Below, piece by piece: positions 1-8,310 of a stretch of DNA of 64,000 bases; within the stretch, counting starts at the first letter, position 1, and each line of letters starts with the position of its first letter. This DNA comes from Polyangiaceae bacterium (GTDB lineage Bacteria > Myxococcota_A > Polyangia > Polyangiales > Polyangiaceae), in contig JBNKBE010000009.1 in the NCBI GenBank assembly GCA_050287085.1, forward strand, positions 1-64,000, in the 5' to 3' direction. Under the pieces are notes generated by a model. That model ran no database searches and was not told where the DNA came from. It saw nothing but the letters and a program-made list of their open reading frames with translations. Position numbers and translations under genes: made by a program.

Positions 1-68
1 GTTGCGGGCGCACAGTTGCGGGCGCACAGTTGCGGGCGCACAGTTGCGGGCGCACAGTTGCGGGCGCA
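1..68. repeat. Tandem repeat, 14-bp unit GTTGCGGGCGCACA, about 4.9 copies (may extend beyond the window edge)
   Basis: Units start at 1, 15, 29, 43 and 57; no spacers. Confidence 0.95.
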
Positions 69-90
69 AGCCGCCTCCAAGCGGCGAGGC

Positions 91-339
91 TCACCCCCCA
101 GCGACAGGGGGAATGAGCGCGACCACATCCCCCTCCGTGAGTTCCGACGTCCTATCAACGAAAGTCTCGTTGCAAGCCACACGCACGGCAGCAAGGCGCT
201 CTCGTAGCCTCGGTTCCTGGCGGGTCAAACAGGCCAGCGCATCCGTGACGGTGGGCTGGGCCCCGCCGAGCTCCAGACTTTGTTCGTTTCGCCCCATCAA
301 CTCGCGGAGCGCCCCAAAAAACAGGATCCGGACGGTCAT
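91..339 (-). CDS. moaD: MoaD/ThiS-family sulfur carrier protein (82 aa)
   Basis: C-terminal part of ORF 91..1032: MTVRILFFGALRE...GDVVALIPPVAGG with terminal GG; ATG at 339 preceded by GAGG. Confidence 0.9.
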   Translation of the reverse strand: MTVRILFFGALRELMGRNEQSLELGGAQPTVTDALACLTRQEPRLRERLAAVRVACNETFVDRTSELTEGDVVALIPPVAGG

Positions 340-436
340 GGCCTCAGTTTCCTCATTCGCGCCCCAAAAGCCAGCACCACCGCTGCCCACCTCCGCTTGA
401 CGCGCCGTCAAAACACCACTAGCGCGGGTGCACCTC

Positions 437-1381
437 ATGACGGCAGCATCCAAGGCCAACGCATCGCGCTTTCTGCTAGGTGCTGACGAGAATGGGTTGG
501 GCTCATTGGTCGGTCCAATGATAACCACCGCCGTGCTGGCCGAAACGACAAGCGAAGGGGCCAGCCGACTGCTGCGGCGCCCCCGCGGACACCTGGCCCG
601 AGACCTGGCTGACTCGAAAGAGTTGGTGCGTTTCGGGCACATGGCTCTTGCCGAAGCCTGGTGTCGCGCCCTGCTCCCCGCAGCCCAAACACCCAGCGAG
701 CTGTTGGAACACCTCGGCTCTGAGGCGCTTGCACGGGTCCGAAGCGGATGCCCGACAACAAGTGCCAAGCGACAGTGTTGGGGACACCGCTTTTCTGGCT
801 CCTTCGAAGCCCCGCCTGACGTCGTGGAACGACTCCGTAAACACGTCGCTCGCTGGCGGACGCAGGGGGTCGAAGTGCGCTCGGTTGAAAGCGAAATCAT
901 CTGCGCCCGGGAACTCAACGTCGACAAGGAGCAGGGCCGGAATCGATTCATCTCCGATCTGCACGCCATGGAGCGACTGCTGCTCAGAGCTAGCCAGCGA
1001 GCACGAGGCGAAGTTGACGCCATCTGCGGCAAGGTAGGGGGAATGCGTCAGTACCCGCGCTTCTTTGGCCCCCTTGCCGGACACCTGATCACGACCCAAA
1101 GCGAATCGGCAGCGGCTAGCAGCTACCACGTCGCGGGCGTCGGCCATGTCAGTTTTCAGCGCGGCGCCGACGAACGCTATCCCCTCGTCATGCTCGCTTC
1201 GTTGGTGGGCAAATACGTTCGCGAGCTGTGCATGGCTCGAATCGTCGAATACTACCAAGCGGACATCCCCGCGCAGGTCAGCGTGAGCGGCTATCACGAT
1301 CCAAAAACCCGCACATTTGTTCAGCAGAGCGATCTGATACGGCGCCGCTCCGGGATCCCCAACATCTGTTTCATTCGCTGA
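437..1381 (+). CDS. RNase HII-like protein (atypical)
   Basis: LLGADENGLGSLVGP (compare GxDEAGRG), DSK, ADERYPLVMLASLVGK, SGY; start 437 or 428. Confidence 0.75.
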   Translation: MTAASKANASRFLLGADENGLGSLVGPMITTAVLAETTSEGASRLLRRPRGHLARDLADSKELVRFGHMALAEAWCRALLPAAQTPSELLEHLGSEALARVRSGCPTTSAKRQCWGHRFSGSFEAPPDVVERLRKHVARWRTQGVEVRSVESEIICARELNVDKEQGRNRFISDLHAMERLLLRASQRARGEVDAICGKVGGMRQYPRFFGPLAGHLITTQSESAAASSYHVAGVGHVSFQRGADERYPLVMLASLVGKYVRELCMARIVEYYQADIPAQVSVSGYHDPKTRTFVQQSDLIRRRSGIPNICFIR

Positions 1382-1576
1382 ATGGTGCCGCTGGGGCCGC
1401 CAAACACCCTCACTCCGACGCTAGAACGGTAGAAACTTCGCGAAGGGCGGCGGGTGGGCCGCGCCGGGTCGGCCGGGGGGGCTAGCCCAGCGCGGGTTGG
1501 CCATGACGCATCGCGGCGGCCGCGCTAGAAGGGCCCGACCCTTCGTGCAGCTCCAGTTTCGCTACTCGCTCGCGTC

Positions 1577-3070
1577 ATGAGTGTCCCTGCCCAGACTGCC
1601 ACCGCGCAGCATGCCCCAGCCGAGAGCGCCGATCCAACGGCCACCCCCAAGAGCGTCGAGCGCATCTTGAGCGGGCAGCTGTGGGCGGAGGTCCTGCGCT
1701 TCGGAGTGCCGCTGGCCATTGGGATGGGCCTGCAAACCACCTTCAATTTGGTCGATGCCTACATCATCGCCCAGCTCGAGGGGCCCGTTGCGGAAGCCTC
1801 GCTGGCTGCGATTGCCAACTGTGACAACCTCGCGGCTGTAGGCATGATTCTGAGCTACGGCTTGTCCATCGCCACCGGGACCATCGTCAGCCGCCAACAT
1901 GGTGCTGGCGACAACCGTGGACTGCGAAAGGTGGCCTGGCAATCGCTCCTCTTGCTGCTGTTTCTGAGCGTCGGTTTTGGCATCGTTGGCCTGGGCGGGG
2001 CGACCTTCGTGATCGAGGATCTGATGCACGCCAAGGGGCCGGTCGCGCGACTGAGCATCCCCTACCTCCGAGTCGCCTTATCGGGTAGCGGAGCGATATT
2101 CTTGTTGCTGCATCTGGTCACGCTTCAGCGCGCGATGGGCAGCAGCAAGGTGTCCATCGCGCTGCTCATCGTCGCCAACGTGTTGAACCTGGTGCTCGCA
2201 GTCCTGCTGGTATACGGCCCTGGACCGGCCCCCGCCATGTTCTCTTGGGGCCCCACGTTGGCGCGAGCGCTGAGCATTCCAAGAATGGAGCTGACCGGCG
2301 CAGCCTGGGCCACCTTGCTTGCCCGCTTGGTAGCGCTGGTGCCGGCCTTCGTGGTCGTGGTCTATCGCCATCGTCTCTTCCGTAGTGACGCAAGAGAGTC
2401 CCCGAAGCGGGCTACCATGTTGCAGATCTGGCGTCTGGGATGGCCCACCAGCTCTCAGCTCGTGCTCCGCATCCTGGCCATCCTGGCCGTGATCGCCTTC
2501 ACGCAACACGCATTCACCACCGCACAGGATCAGAGCGCGAGCACGGCACTCGGCGTGGTGCTGCGTTGGGAAACCATGGCGCTCTTTGTTGGTTTGGGCT
2601 GGGGCAGCGCTTCGCAGACCTTCATGGGGCAGAACCTGGGGGCTGGCCAACTGCTGCGAGCGCGCCAGAGCGGGTGGTATGGCGCCTTCTACAATGCTCT
2701 AATGATGCTGTTCTTCGCTCTGAGTTGTTTGCTTTGGGGGCGACCCATGCTCAGCTTCTTTTCGACGGACGCCGAGGTCATTGCGATCGGCGAAAGCTAC
2801 TTCAGGTGGGTCGCTCCGAGCTACTTGGGGCTCGGCATGGGTGTGGTGTTGGGCTCTGCCATTCAAGGGGCCGGTGCAACGCGTCAAACCTTTGTGCTGG
2901 ACTTGATGGTCATCCTCGGGCTGCAAATCCCGATGTGTTGGCTCGCCGCGCACTTCGGCAGCAGTGTGACCCAGCTATGGCAGGTGGTTGCCGCGACGAA
3001 TGTTGCTTTTGCCATTGTCTACACCCTCTCCTACCGACGTGGCCGCTTTCTGCACGCAAACGTGGCCTGA
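1577..3070 (+). CDS. MATE-family efflux transporter
   Basis: About 12 TM segments; PLAIGMGLQTTFNLVD, SQTFMGQNLGAG, SAIQGAGAT motifs. Confidence 0.92.
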   Translation: MSVPAQTATAQHAPAESADPTATPKSVERILSGQLWAEVLRFGVPLAIGMGLQTTFNLVDAYIIAQLEGPVAEASLAAIANCDNLAAVGMILSYGLSIATGTIVSRQHGAGDNRGLRKVAWQSLLLLLFLSVGFGIVGLGGATFVIEDLMHAKGPVARLSIPYLRVALSGSGAIFLLLHLVTLQRAMGSSKVSIALLIVANVLNLVLAVLLVYGPGPAPAMFSWGPTLARALSIPRMELTGAAWATLLARLVALVPAFVVVVYRHRLFRSDARESPKRATMLQIWRLGWPTSSQLVLRILAILAVIAFTQHAFTTAQDQSASTALGVVLRWETMALFVGLGWGSASQTFMGQNLGAGQLLRARQSGWYGAFYNALMMLFFALSCLLWGRPMLSFFSTDAEVIAIGESYFRWVAPSYLGLGMGVVLGSAIQGAGATRQTFVLDLMVILGLQIPMCWLAAHFGSSVTQLWQVVAATNVAFAIVYTLSYRRGRFLHANVA

Positions 3071-3357
3071 GCGAGTCTTGTCACCCGCGTGACTGACGCA
3101 CGACCCAGCGGTGAGACGGTATCGTCGGCCGGCGGTCCTTCAGAAAATGCCGACTCGACTCCCAACCCGGCGTGAAATCTCAGCTCGCGAGCGTATTGTA
3201 TGCCCGCAGTGGGATTGAACTTACGGGAGTTACAGGAGCGAGAGTTCAGTTTGCCCACGAATGACGTCGCAACACCGACCTCACCCCCTTGGCCGAGCCT
3301 TGCGTCGGCAACACCCTTTCCGTATCCGAGCCGCTGGTAACGCAACGAAGGCAGTCT

Positions 3358-4812
3358 ATGAGCGAGTACATATTCAGAGTCCGGCGAGCTGATGGTCATC
3401 AGCAGGAACACCGTCTGGGAGAAGGCACTTTCACCCTTGGTCGAGATCGCGGCGACGTGGTCCTGGACGAACCAAGCACTTCCGGTTCGCATGGCCGTCT
3501 GGAGCTTCGAGCTGGCTCCGCCACCTACTCCGATCTCGGTTCCTCCAACGGCTCTTTCTACAACGGTCAGCGCGTCTCAGGGCCGGTATCATTGGTACCA
3601 GGCTCCGTTGTCCGACTCGCTGCGGCTGAATTGACGTTCGTCGAATACCTGTCGCATGCAGCGGCAACAGCCGCCATGCCGGCGATAGCGGTCCCGGCTC
3701 AGCCTAGCCCGGGTGCGGCTTCCGAAAGCAAAGTCGCGCCGGCAACACCCCGCGCCAGCGGCCCCGCCGAACGCGGCTCGAGCTCCCCCTACAGCCACCC
3801 GGACGCTCCGATCCGTCACAGCTACCCACTCGCAATAGAGTCTGCCAGCTTGGGCGAGGCGTTCGGATTGCTGCTGCGAACGATGCCCTTCCTGTTGGCA
3901 CGTTTGGGCATTCTCGTGGGAATGACAATCGCCGCGATCATCTACTGGGGACTACTGGTCGGTGGCGCCGTCCTTTTCTCAAAGGTGGCTGATATCCTGG
4001 CCGGCGTCTGGGTCATCGCCCTCATCGGTATTGGGGGTGCGCTCTGGCGCTTCGTTCTGCGCTACATGCTCTACTTGATCAAGGCCGCCCATATTGCGGT
4101 GCTGACCGAGCTGATCACCACGGGAGAAATCGGCAATGGCTCCGAGGGGATGTTTCAATACGGCAAGCGTATCGTGACCGAGCGCTTCGGTGAGGTGAAT
4201 ATCCTCTTCGGTCTGGACTTGCTCATCACCGGAATCGTCCGCGCCTTCAATCGAACCCTGGGCTGGGTAACAGGACTGATTCCCATCCCCGGACTAAGCT
4301 CGGTCACGAGCGTGGTCCAGCGCATCGTACACGCCTCGACCACGTACATCGACGAAACCATCTTCTCGTACAATCTTGCCCGAGGTGACGACAACGCCTA
4401 TCGGAGCGCTCAAGACGGACTGGTCTACTACGCGCAGAACTCGAAGGAAGTTCTGAAGACGGGTCTTTGGGTCGTGGTTCTCGACTACGTCTTAACGGGC
4501 GTCGTATGGGTCGTGATGCTCCTGCCGGGCTTCTTGGTAGGATTGCTTCTTCCGGGCAGTGGCTCTGCTGCGAGCTTGACTATGATCGTGGTTGCAGCGC
4601 TCTTTGCCTCATCTGTCCGCTCCGCCGTCCTTCGTCCTCTGTTTCTCATCATGGTCATGGTCAAATTCCACGTCGTCTCGCGGAACCAGTCGATCAACCC
4701 AGAATGGGACTCTCGGCTAAGCTCAGCCAGCAGCAAGTTCGCGGAGCTCAAGCAGCGAGCGCAACAATGGGTTTCCCCTGGAACAAGCCAAACGCACGAG
4801 CGGGCCGCGTAG
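3358..4812 (+). CDS. FHA-domain membrane protein
   Basis: N-terminal FHA motifs (LGRD, SGSHG, DLGSSNGS), Ala/Pro linker, multi-TM C-terminal domain; ATG at 3358. Confidence 0.8.
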   Translation: MSEYIFRVRRADGHQQEHRLGEGTFTLGRDRGDVVLDEPSTSGSHGRLELRAGSATYSDLGSSNGSFYNGQRVSGPVSLVPGSVVRLAAAELTFVEYLSHAAATAAMPAIAVPAQPSPGAASESKVAPATPRASGPAERGSSSPYSHPDAPIRHSYPLAIESASLGEAFGLLLRTMPFLLARLGILVGMTIAAIIYWGLLVGGAVLFSKVADILAGVWVIALIGIGGALWRFVLRYMLYLIKAAHIAVLTELITTGEIGNGSEGMFQYGKRIVTERFGEVNILFGLDLLITGIVRAFNRTLGWVTGLIPIPGLSSVTSVVQRIVHASTTYIDETIFSYNLARGDDNAYRSAQDGLVYYAQNSKEVLKTGLWVVVLDYVLTGVVWVVMLLPGFLVGLLLPGSGSAASLTMIVVAALFASSVRSAVLRPLFLIMVMVKFHVVSRNQSINPEWDSRLSSASSKFAELKQRAQQWVSPGTSQTHERAA

Positions 4813-4823
4813 CCCTGCCGCAC

Positions 4824-5603
4824 TCACCGCACCGGCAGGTTTTCGCGGCGTAGATAGCCGCCTTTTAGCACCCAACGGAACAGCTGATTGACGACGGGGT
4901 TGGCCCAGCCATTGAGCAGGCAGAAATGGCGCTCCGGGTCGCGATGATGCACGTCGTGAGCGCTCGGCGGCAGGAACAAGCGCATGCGTTGCAAGGCTAC
5001 GATCCACGCTGCCGGCTCTGCTTTGTGGGCACAGGCATGTGAGTATTGAGCCACGGTCGCCGCGCCCAGCAATACGGCCGAGAAGAGCAGCGCGGCCGGA
5101 GGCATCCAGCCTAGCACCTGCAGGATGACCAGCATGGCCGTCAGCGGAAACAACGCGTAGACAATCACAGGCAAAGTCATTGTTAGCAAGCTGCGCTTGC
5201 CCAGCGCGGCAGGCGTTACGTGGTGGACCTTGAAGTCGAATACCACCTCCTGAAAGCCGCTGAGCTGCCTCATGATGCGCTCCCGGCGTGCAATGTACTC
5301 CCTAGACGCCTTGCGACCGGGATAGTCGATCAACTCCCGGAGTCCCGCGCCCCGCACGTTGGGCGTGAAGTCGACCACGAAGTGAGCAACACCACTGCCT
5401 GCGTCGGCGAGATACAACGCGGCCAATACAAGAACGGCTGTGGTCCAAGACAATCCACCTGTTCGAACGCAAGCCAGTATCAAGTAGATGTACAAGACCA
5501 ACGTACACCAAAGAATGAAGAGCTGACGTTGGCGGCGCGGAGAACGCTTGCCGCGAGCGAGAGGTTGAGACACGGTGATTTTTCTCCGCTCGATGGATAT
5601 CAC
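4824..5603 (-). CDS. CarF/TMEM189/FAD4-family lipid desaturase
   Basis: His boxes SGVAH, FKVHH, SHACAH, HDVHH and the FCLLNGWANP tail; about 4 TM segments. Confidence 0.8.
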   Translation of the reverse strand: MISIERRKITVSQPLARGKRSPRRQRQLFILWCTLVLYIYLILACVRTGGLSWTTAVLVLAALYLADAGSGVAHFVVDFTPNVRGAGLRELIDYPGRKASREYIARRERIMRQLSGFQEVVFDFKVHHVTPAALGKRSLLTMTLPVIVYALFPLTAMLVILQVLGWMPPAALLFSAVLLGAATVAQYSHACAHKAEPAAWIVALQRMRLFLPPSAHDVHHRDPERHFCLLNGWANPVVNQLFRWVLKGGYLRRENLPVR

Positions 5604-5694
5604 AACCCCTGCCCCTCACGACGGCATACCGCAGGGTCCGCGAAGGAACAGTCAGTCTCGCCCGGTTCGCGACTGACTTTCCCCTCCGAGGGCC

Positions 5695-6642
5695 CTAGAG
5701 ATCAGCCCAGACCCCGAAACCGACGGTCGCAACGCGATCCTGAAAGAACTCACCTAGAACGGAACGGGCGCTCTCAGCTTGAAGGGCCAGCCCGTAGCGT
5801 TGCCCCGTATCCGTAACATCCCGCATCAATCCGAGCTGCGCGGTGGTGTTGAGGCGATACCCGGAATCCTCGAAAAGCGTCTCGTCGAGCGCCAAGTACA
5901 TGGCTCCGACACGCACTTCTATTCCGGTCTCATAGCGCCATGCTTTCAGGAGCCGCGGGTTTCCGAGATGCAAAGCATGTCCCACCTCGAAGTAGGAGCT
6001 GAGCCAGGTCCACGGCGAAAAGCGGACCCCCAGATTCAGTTCCTCACGGGTATAGGTAATGCGCTCCCGCCCGGTCTTGCGAATATACTCGTCGGCAACG
6101 TGGCCGGAGTCGTGCTGTTCTGCAAACTTGAATGACCACTGGTCATCGAGCTTGTAGGCGAGCATGAACGAGTAGACACCATCCCAGCCAATGGCGTCCA
6201 CGTGCTCCTTCGGATCAAAACGCCCCAGGAAGGCAGCCTCGGCGGACAACTGCAGCCCGCAATCCGGATCCGTCGCAGGGTAGAAACGCAGCAATCGAAG
6301 GCGTCCTCCCAGGGTGAAGTGCAACCACGGGCTTCGCGTGTGGGGCGTATCGGAATGCCGCACAGACAGCACCTGCCCTTGAATGAAAGCCCCGCGAGGA
6401 TTGGCCAGATACCGAGGATAGAGATGCGACCCTGGTGCGAAACGCATACGCCAAGGTTGGCGCTGGCGATCCCGCGGCGAAGGGACATGCTCTGACCCCT
6501 CGATAGGCTTCGATGCCGCCCCCGAAGACTGCCTACGCTCAAGCGCGGAACCGGCTGCGGCGTTGCCCCCAGCCGTCGCGACCCCAGGGAGTAGAACGGC
6601 AAACAGACTTGCAAGAATGAATCGCGGTGGCACGGCGGCCAT
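5695..6642 (-). CDS. DUF1207-like outer-membrane beta-barrel protein
   Basis: Signal peptide, HDSGHVADEY motif, amphipathic strands; start 6642 (ATG) or 6675. Confidence 0.65.
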   Translation of the reverse strand: MAAVPPRFILASLFAVLLPGVATAGGNAAAGSALERRQSSGAASKPIEGSEHVPSPRDRQRQPWRMRFAPGSHLYPRYLANPRGAFIQGQVLSVRHSDTPHTRSPWLHFTLGGRLRLLRFYPATDPDCGLQLSAEAAFLGRFDPKEHVDAIGWDGVYSFMLAYKLDDQWSFKFAEQHDSGHVADEYIRKTGRERITYTREELNLGVRFSPWTWLSSYFEVGHALHLGNPRLLKAWRYETGIEVRVGAMYLALDETLFEDSGYRLNTTAQLGLMRDVTDTGQRYGLALQAESARSVLGEFFQDRVATVGFGVWADL

Positions 6643-6756
6643 GAGCTGGAGCTTTGTAACAGGAGAGGCGTGCACTGGAAAGACGAGCGCGACGGCCCAG
6701 GCTCAGGAAAAAGAACCGTCTTGATAGCCCCCATGTCCGAGTGAGCGCAATGCCGC

Positions 6757-8310
6757 TTACCTTGCCTCTATACCGAGCTCAGCGCCTTGGCTCTGTTGAA
6801 CCTGCTGGCGTCGCTGTTGATCCTGCCGGCGTCGCTGGGCTTTCTGCCTAGCTCGCTGCTTGCGCAGCGCCTTCGCCTCGCGTTCATAGGCGCGCCCAAG
6901 ATTCAGTTTCGGGCCGATGCGATTGCGATTGGGCTTGCCTTCCAACCAATTGTGCCAAAGGGAGAACTGGAACGGGCTGGAGAGCCCGTCTTGCACGTGG
7001 AACGCCCCGACCGAAAACGCCAGCAGTACAACGCCAAGGACCCAGCGCGTGATTCGGACGCGGTCGAGCCAAAGGCCAAAGTAGAGCAGCAATAGAGGCA
7101 TGAGGGGGACCAAGTGCCGCATTCCAACACACCAGCCCCCGTAGTTTCGCGTCCGAAAAACGTAAAAGCCGAGCACGATGAGCGCGCCCGTAGCCAGCAC
7201 CCACGCTTCGGCGCGCCGCGCGCGCCCAGCGAGCGAACGGACCAGCTCATACAGCCCAAATCCGAGCAGAGGCGTCATGCTGAAGAGACCGTGGTGCCCT
7301 ATCAAGACATTGAACGCGTAGATGTGTTTGGGTTCACGCAGCGCATCAATGCCCCTCTGATGGCCCCGAAAGTAGTTGCCCGCGAAGTTCTTCAGCTCCT
7401 TGTTGAAATAAGCCGGCTCGATCGACCCAGTCGTAAACCAGCTCAACCCCAGCTGACTCCCGATCCCGGGCAGCAGCGCTGGGACAAAGTACAACACGGT
7501 GCGTCTGCGGTCGTGGGTGAACAGATATCCGCCGAGCAGCGGCACAAAAATGCCACTCGGCAGATCGACGGCTACGAGCAGCCCGAGCACGAGCCCCGCT
7601 AGCGTCCAAGTCCAACGGGAAGCGCGCGGATCGTTGCGCGCCACAAACGCATAATAGAAAGCAACCACCAATAGCGACGCGCCTACCGAGTGGTTGTTTA
7701 TGGCGGTGGCATAAGCCACCCCAAGATAGGAAAAGCAGGCCGCCGCCATCACGCTGAGCTGCGCCACCGGCCGAACCAGGAGCAAGCGAGATAGCCGATA
7801 GAAGTAGATCAGAAAGATCAGATGGAATAGGCCGCCGGTGAGCAAGCTCACGAGACGCACCACGTTTCCCTCGTGCTCGGCGATCGTCTGGCCAGTAGCC
7901 GCCTGGTATGCCCAATACACGGCCGCACCATAGGTGGGCAGCACGGGCGGCTTGCTCGACAAGAAGTGCTCCCCCACTTTGACCTTGTCCGGCGTACGCA
8001 GGTACTGGCTAGCGTCGATATAATACGTACCATGGTCGACCAAAGACTCGATCGTCGCATAGCGACTTCCGGTATTGGCGTTGGTCAGCGACGAGTCCTG
8101 GAGGTTCCAAACCACCATCATCATGCTGGCCGCGATCAGCAGCGAGCTCACCCAAAGCACTAGGCGCTGTGGTGCAAGCACTGGCTCGGAGCGCATCGTT
8201 TCCGAAGGAGGCCGGAGTTTCTCTTGGCCGCCATCTTCCTCACGAGCGACGGCATCATTGCGCCCGGAGCTGGGCACGGGTGCCGCCTTTACGTATTCGT
8301 CCCGTTTCAA
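6757..8310 (-). CDS. Polytopic membrane protein, GT-C/ArnT-like glycosyltransferase candidate
   Basis: About 11 TM segments, SRYATIESLVDHGT...SSKPP loop, GGWCVGMRHLVP; TTG start overlaps the upstream stop. Confidence 0.6.
   Translation of the reverse strand: MKRDEYVKAAPVPSSGRNDAVAREEDGGQEKLRPPSETMRSEPVLAPQRLVLWVSSLLIAASMMMVVWNLQDSSLTNANTGSRYATIESLVDHGTYYIDASQYLRTPDKVKVGEHFLSSKPPVLPTYGAAVYWAYQAATGQTIAEHEGNVVRLVSLLTGGLFHLIFLIYFYRLSRLLLVRPVAQLSVMAAACFSYLGVAYATAINNHSVGASLLVVAFYYAFVARNDPRASRWTWTLAGLVLGLLVAVDLPSGIFVPLLGGYLFTHDRRRTVLYFVPALLPGIGSQLGLSWFTTGSIEPAYFNKELKNFAGNYFRGHQRGIDALREPKHIYAFNVLIGHHGLFSMTPLLGFGLYELVRSLAGRARRAEAWVLATGALIVLGFYVFRTRNYGGWCVGMRHLVPLMPLLLLYFGLWLDRVRITRWVLGVVLLAFSVGAFHVQDGLSSPFQFSLWHNWLEGKPNRNRIGPKLNLGRAYEREAKALRKQRARQKAQRRRQDQQRRQQVQQSQGAELGIEAR

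Noticed and set aside
1..68. Possible CRISPR array (also considered 60555-60672 and 63461-63545)
   Set aside because: Units are head-to-tail with no unique spacers, and there are no cas genes
91..1032. 313-aa minus-strand ORF as one gene
   Set aside because: Only the last 82 aa resemble MoaD; the rest is antisense to the RNase HII-like gene
3209..3260. c-di-GMP-I riboswitch (GGGCAAAC on the minus strand)
   Set aside because: No GNRA loop or downstream GCAAA element, and wrong orientation for the adjacent gene
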